A stretch of DNA of 64,000 nt, from positions 96,001 through 160,000 of the forward strand of contig DAIDJN010000058.1 in NCBI GenBank assembly GCA_027451365.1, given 5' to 3'. The position numbers and the translations under genes are program-made. Each line of letters begins with the position of its first letter. Position 1 is the first letter of the stretch. The notes beneath the pieces were generated by a model, which saw only the letters and a program-made list of their open reading frames with translations, ran no database searches and had not been told where the DNA came from. Of this stretch, positions 60,921-64,000 are shown piece by piece. This stretch comes from Phycisphaerales bacterium (GTDB taxonomy: Bacteria > Planctomycetota > Phycisphaerae > WQYP01).

Positions 60921-61970
60921 ATGCCCATGCCGCAGTCAGACCTCCCAAACGTCACCTCCCTGTTACGCGTTACCACGCCTGGAGCAAACTTCAGATCTGT
61001 TTTATGGAAATCGATGCTTCTTTTACCTCTCCTGATTTTGCTCGGCATTTTGGTCTGGCAGGGAATTGTCGCCGCGGGCAATCCGCCAGATCCGAATTCC
61101 GCCGCCTCTGCTCATTTAAGTTCCGCCGCAGTTGTAGTAAACGCCGGAATCCTTGTATTCCGCGAAGGCCTTGAGGCGATTCTGGTTCTGGCCGCCCTGA
61201 CCGCATCTCTGGCCCGGACAGAAAAAAATTATTGGAAACCCGTCGCGCTGGGGTCTGGGCTTTCATTTCTGGCCACCGTCGCAACATATTTTATTGTGGT
61301 CGGAATTCTGGCCCGGCTGGATGCCAACAGCAGCCTGGGCGCATTGAATGTTCAGGCTGCCACCGGCCTGCTGGCCGTGCTGGTGCTGCTGGTGATAATG
61401 AACTGGTTTTTTCACAAAATATACTGGACAGGCTGGATAACGCATCACAACCGCCGCAAAAAAAACCTGACTCAAACGCATTCGCTTTCCAGCCCGGCGG
61501 TGTACTGGGGGCTGGTGACGGTTGGTTTCACAGCGGTTTACCGGGAAGGTTTTGAGGTGGTCATCATGTTGCAATCCTGGCGGCTGCAGGCTGGCGTGCA
61601 TGTGGTGATGCTGGGCACGCTGATTGGTCTGGCCCTGACCGCCGTGGTGGCGGTGCTTACCTTTGCCGTTCATTACCGGCTTCCGTATCGTCGTATGTTA
61701 ATACTTACAGGCGTAATGCTTGGCGCGGTTCTGCTGGTGATGGTGGGGGAAAGTGTGCAGGAAATGCAGCAGGCCAACTGGATTGGCACGCACAATCTGC
61801 CTTGGGCGTTTCCGGACTGGGTTGGGACATGGTTCGCCATCTTCGCCAACTGGCAAGGGCTTTTAGCTCAGGTCGCGGCGGCGATTTTTGTGGCCGGCAC
61901 GTACCTCGGCGCACAATATTTTCGCGTCTGGCGCCCGGCGCGCCTGGCGCGGCAGTCCCGTGGTGCATAG
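60921..61970 (+). CDS. FTR1/EfeU family iron permease
   Basis: Two RExxE motifs (REGLE, REGFE) in a multi-TM protein. AGGAG RBS. Confidence 0.9.
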   Translation: MPMPQSDLPNVTSLLRVTTPGANFRSVLWKSMLLLPLLILLGILVWQGIVAAGNPPDPNSAASAHLSSAAVVVNAGILVFREGLEAILVLAALTASLARTEKNYWKPVALGSGLSFLATVATYFIVVGILARLDANSSLGALNVQAATGLLAVLVLLVIMNWFFHKIYWTGWITHHNRRKKNLTQTHSLSSPAVYWGLVTVGFTAVYREGFEVVIMLQSWRLQAGVHVVMLGTLIGLALTAVVAVLTFAVHYRLPYRRMLILTGVMLGAVLLVMVGESVQEMQQANWIGTHNLPWAFPDWVGTWFAIFANWQGLLAQVAAAIFVAGTYLGAQYFRVWRPARLARQSRGA

Positions 61971-62085
61971 GCCAGGGTAGCGGCGGTCCAGCCGCAGAAG
62001 AGTTTATTTCCCGCCACATGGCCTGGCCGTCAAAAAATGATGATGCGGTTGCACCGCCGCGCCGGCATGCAGGACAATCAGGCGT

Positions 62086-63180
62086 TTACGAATTAAACAG
62101 GAAATGCGCGATATCGCCATCCTGAAAGACATAATTCTTGCCTTCGGAGCGCATCTTGCCTGCGGCGCGAATGGCGGCCTCGGTCTTGTGGGTCAGCAGG
62201 TCGGTGATGTTGTAAATTTCCGCCCGAATGAATCCCTTTTCAAAATCGGTGTGAATCACTCCGGCCGCCTGTGGCGCGGTCGCGCCGACCGGAATCGTCC
62301 AGGCGCGAATTTCTTTTGGTCCGGCGGTAAAGTAACTTTGCAGACCAAGCAGGCGGTACGCTTCGTGTGCCACTGTATCCAGCGCTGGTTCAGTCATGCC
62401 TAAATCAGAAAGCATGACCGTGCGGTCATCCGGGGTAAGCTCGGCAAGTTCCGATTCCAGCTTGGCACAGACCGGAACCACCAGACTGCCTTCAGTGGAT
62501 GCCCGTTTCCGCACCACTTCCACCAGCGGCCCTTTACCGTGCGGGTCGGACTCATCCACATTGGCAATGTACAGGACCTTTTTGGCCGTCATCATTCCCA
62601 GGCCGGCGATCGCCTTGCGATCTTCAGGTTTCCAATGTGCGGCCTGCGAACGCAGCGGCTTGCCTTGCTTCAGCGCCTCGACCGAAGATTCCATGATAGC
62701 GGCCACTGCAATGGCGTCTTTATCTCCGGCGCGGGCGTTGCGCCGGGTTTTATCAAGGGATTTTTCCAGTGTTTCCAGGTCTGCCAGCATCAGTTCGGTA
62801 TCAATGGTTTCAATATCGCGAAGCGGATCGACATGGCCTTCCACATGCAGAATATCGCCCCCTTCAAAACAGCGCACCACATGCAGTACAGCATCCACTT
62901 CCCGGATATGCGACAGAAATTTATTGCCCAGCCCCTCGCCAGTGCTCGCGCCGCGGACAATGCCGGCAATGTCCACCACCCGCAATAAAGCGGGTACCAG
63001 TTTTTCCGTAGGCATGAATTGATTGATTTGGGCCAGGCGTTTATCCGGTACCGCCACCACGCCGACATTGGGTTCTATGGTCGCAAAGGGGTAATTGGCC
63101 GCCAAGGCACCGGCATTGGTAAGTGCGTTAAACAATGTGGATTTGCCAACATTGGGTAAACCGACGATTCCAACTTCCAT
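62086..63180 (-). CDS. ychF: Ribosome-binding ATPase YchF
   Basis: [63 protein letters not shown]. Confidence 0.98.
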   Translation of the reverse strand: MEVGIVGLPNVGKSTLFNALTNAGALAANYPFATIEPNVGVVAVPDKRLAQINQFMPTEKLVPALLRVVDIAGIVRGASTGEGLGNKFLSHIREVDAVLHVVRCFEGGDILHVEGHVDPLRDIETIDTELMLADLETLEKSLDKTRRNARAGDKDAIAVAAIMESSVEALKQGKPLRSQAAHWKPEDRKAIAGLGMMTAKKVLYIANVDESDPHGKGPLVEVVRKRASTEGSLVVPVCAKLESELAELTPDDRTVMLSDLGMTEPALDTVAHEAYRLLGLQSYFTAGPKEIRAWTIPVGATAPQAAGVIHTDFEKGFIRAEIYNITDLLTHKTEAAIRAAGKMRSEGKNYVFQDGDIAHFLFNS

Positions 63181-63460
63181 GAGGGGATCCTTTTGTTAAT
63201 TCTGGTCCATCCGTCGGCCTAAACCGCACGCCGCTTTCAGACACTTACCGGATGCTAACGCCGTCCTTGCGGCAAACCGCAACCCTGGCGCCGCTCGGGC
63301 CAATGCCGGACGCAGAGTTATACCGTTTTTGTCCCGGTTTGGAAAAGATGGCGCGGCCAGGCGCGGGTAAATCGCTGATATTTCGTTGAACTGGCGTTGG
63401 GCGGATAGTGATTCGCCAGATCACGTCGCCGTTCACCTCACAAAATTAAGCCGCGGCCAA

Positions 63461-64000
63461 TTACGATTTTGTCGCCCGGACCGGGCCAGCGGACGAGTGC
63501 AACAGAGCCAGGAAAGCCTTCAACGTCTGACTTATTTGGCGGTCGCGCCGCACCACGCGGTGCAGCGGCCGATGAAGCTTGCAATCGGTCAGTGGTATGG
63601 CCACCAGCGATCCGGCTTTTAATTCTGCTTCCACCGCCAACCGCGACATCACGGCCACGCCATTGTTGGCCATCACCATCGCTTTGATTGCTTCCGGGCT
63701 GGCGAGTTCCATAATCGGTTCCAGCGAAAGGCCAACCGTCGTCGCCGCACGCTCCAGTACCGCGCGTGTGCCGGAACCTTTCTCGCGTAAAATCAGTGGA
63801 AAGCACAGGTATTGTTTCAGCGTGATATTCCGCTGCTGTGTAAGCGGATGACCGGCGGCTGAAACCGCAACCAGTTGATCGTAACGAAAAATAACGCCAT
63901 CTAGCGCGGGATCCTCCACAAACCCTTCAGTTAACCCGATATCCAGGACGCCGTCGATGATTTGTTGTTGAATGTCGGCGGTATTGGCAATCTGAACCTG
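63461..64000 (-). CDS. LysR family transcriptional regulator, substrate-binding domain; 5' end outside window
   Basis: ANTADIQQQIIDGVLDIGLTEG, LILREKGSGTR, MELASPEAIKAMV..GVAVMSR. Frame open to the window end. Confidence 0.88.
   Translation of the reverse strand, partial: QVQIANTADIQQQIIDGVLDIGLTEGFVEDPALDGVIFRYDQLVAVSAAGHPLTQQRNITLKQYLCFPLILREKGSGTRAVLERAATTVGLSLEPIMELASPEAIKAMVMANNGVAVMSRLAVEAELKAGSLVAIPLTDCKLHRPLHRVVRRDRQISQTLKAFLALLHSSAGPVRATKS

Overview
About 64 kb of GC-rich bacterial chromosome. Gene content and protein style suggest Planctomycetota (Phycisphaerae-like), possibly acidophilic; this is inference. Housekeeping genes are cysNC (partial), rpsI, rplM, murI, aroC, gpmI, smpB, ychF, an aminotransferase and three tRNAs (Ala-TGC, Gln-CTG, Leu-GAG). 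The main feature is a ~16.4 kb minus-strand anaerobic energy operon, hypFCDE-hoxEFUYH-hoxW-nifJ(PFOR)-DHOD-like-hypAB. It is followed by a K+-independent H+-pyrophosphatase and preceded by a near-perfect Rex-type operator; hemerythrin, cupin and DUF488 genes lie next to it. Other notable items: a circularly permuted ATP-grasp/alpha-E/transglutaminase peptide-ligase operon; an NMP-kinase-like/nucleoside deoxyribosyltransferase-like fusion; a DpnI-type winged-helix-HNH nuclease; two GGDEF-EAL proteins (one with a C-terminal CZB-like zinc site); a secreted GH2; two tiny Asp/His-rich lipoproteins; a Fur-boxed FTR1 iron permease; and a candidate structured RNA. No CRISPR array, rRNA, integrase or transposase was seen. 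All calls come from motif recognition by eye, with no database searches.
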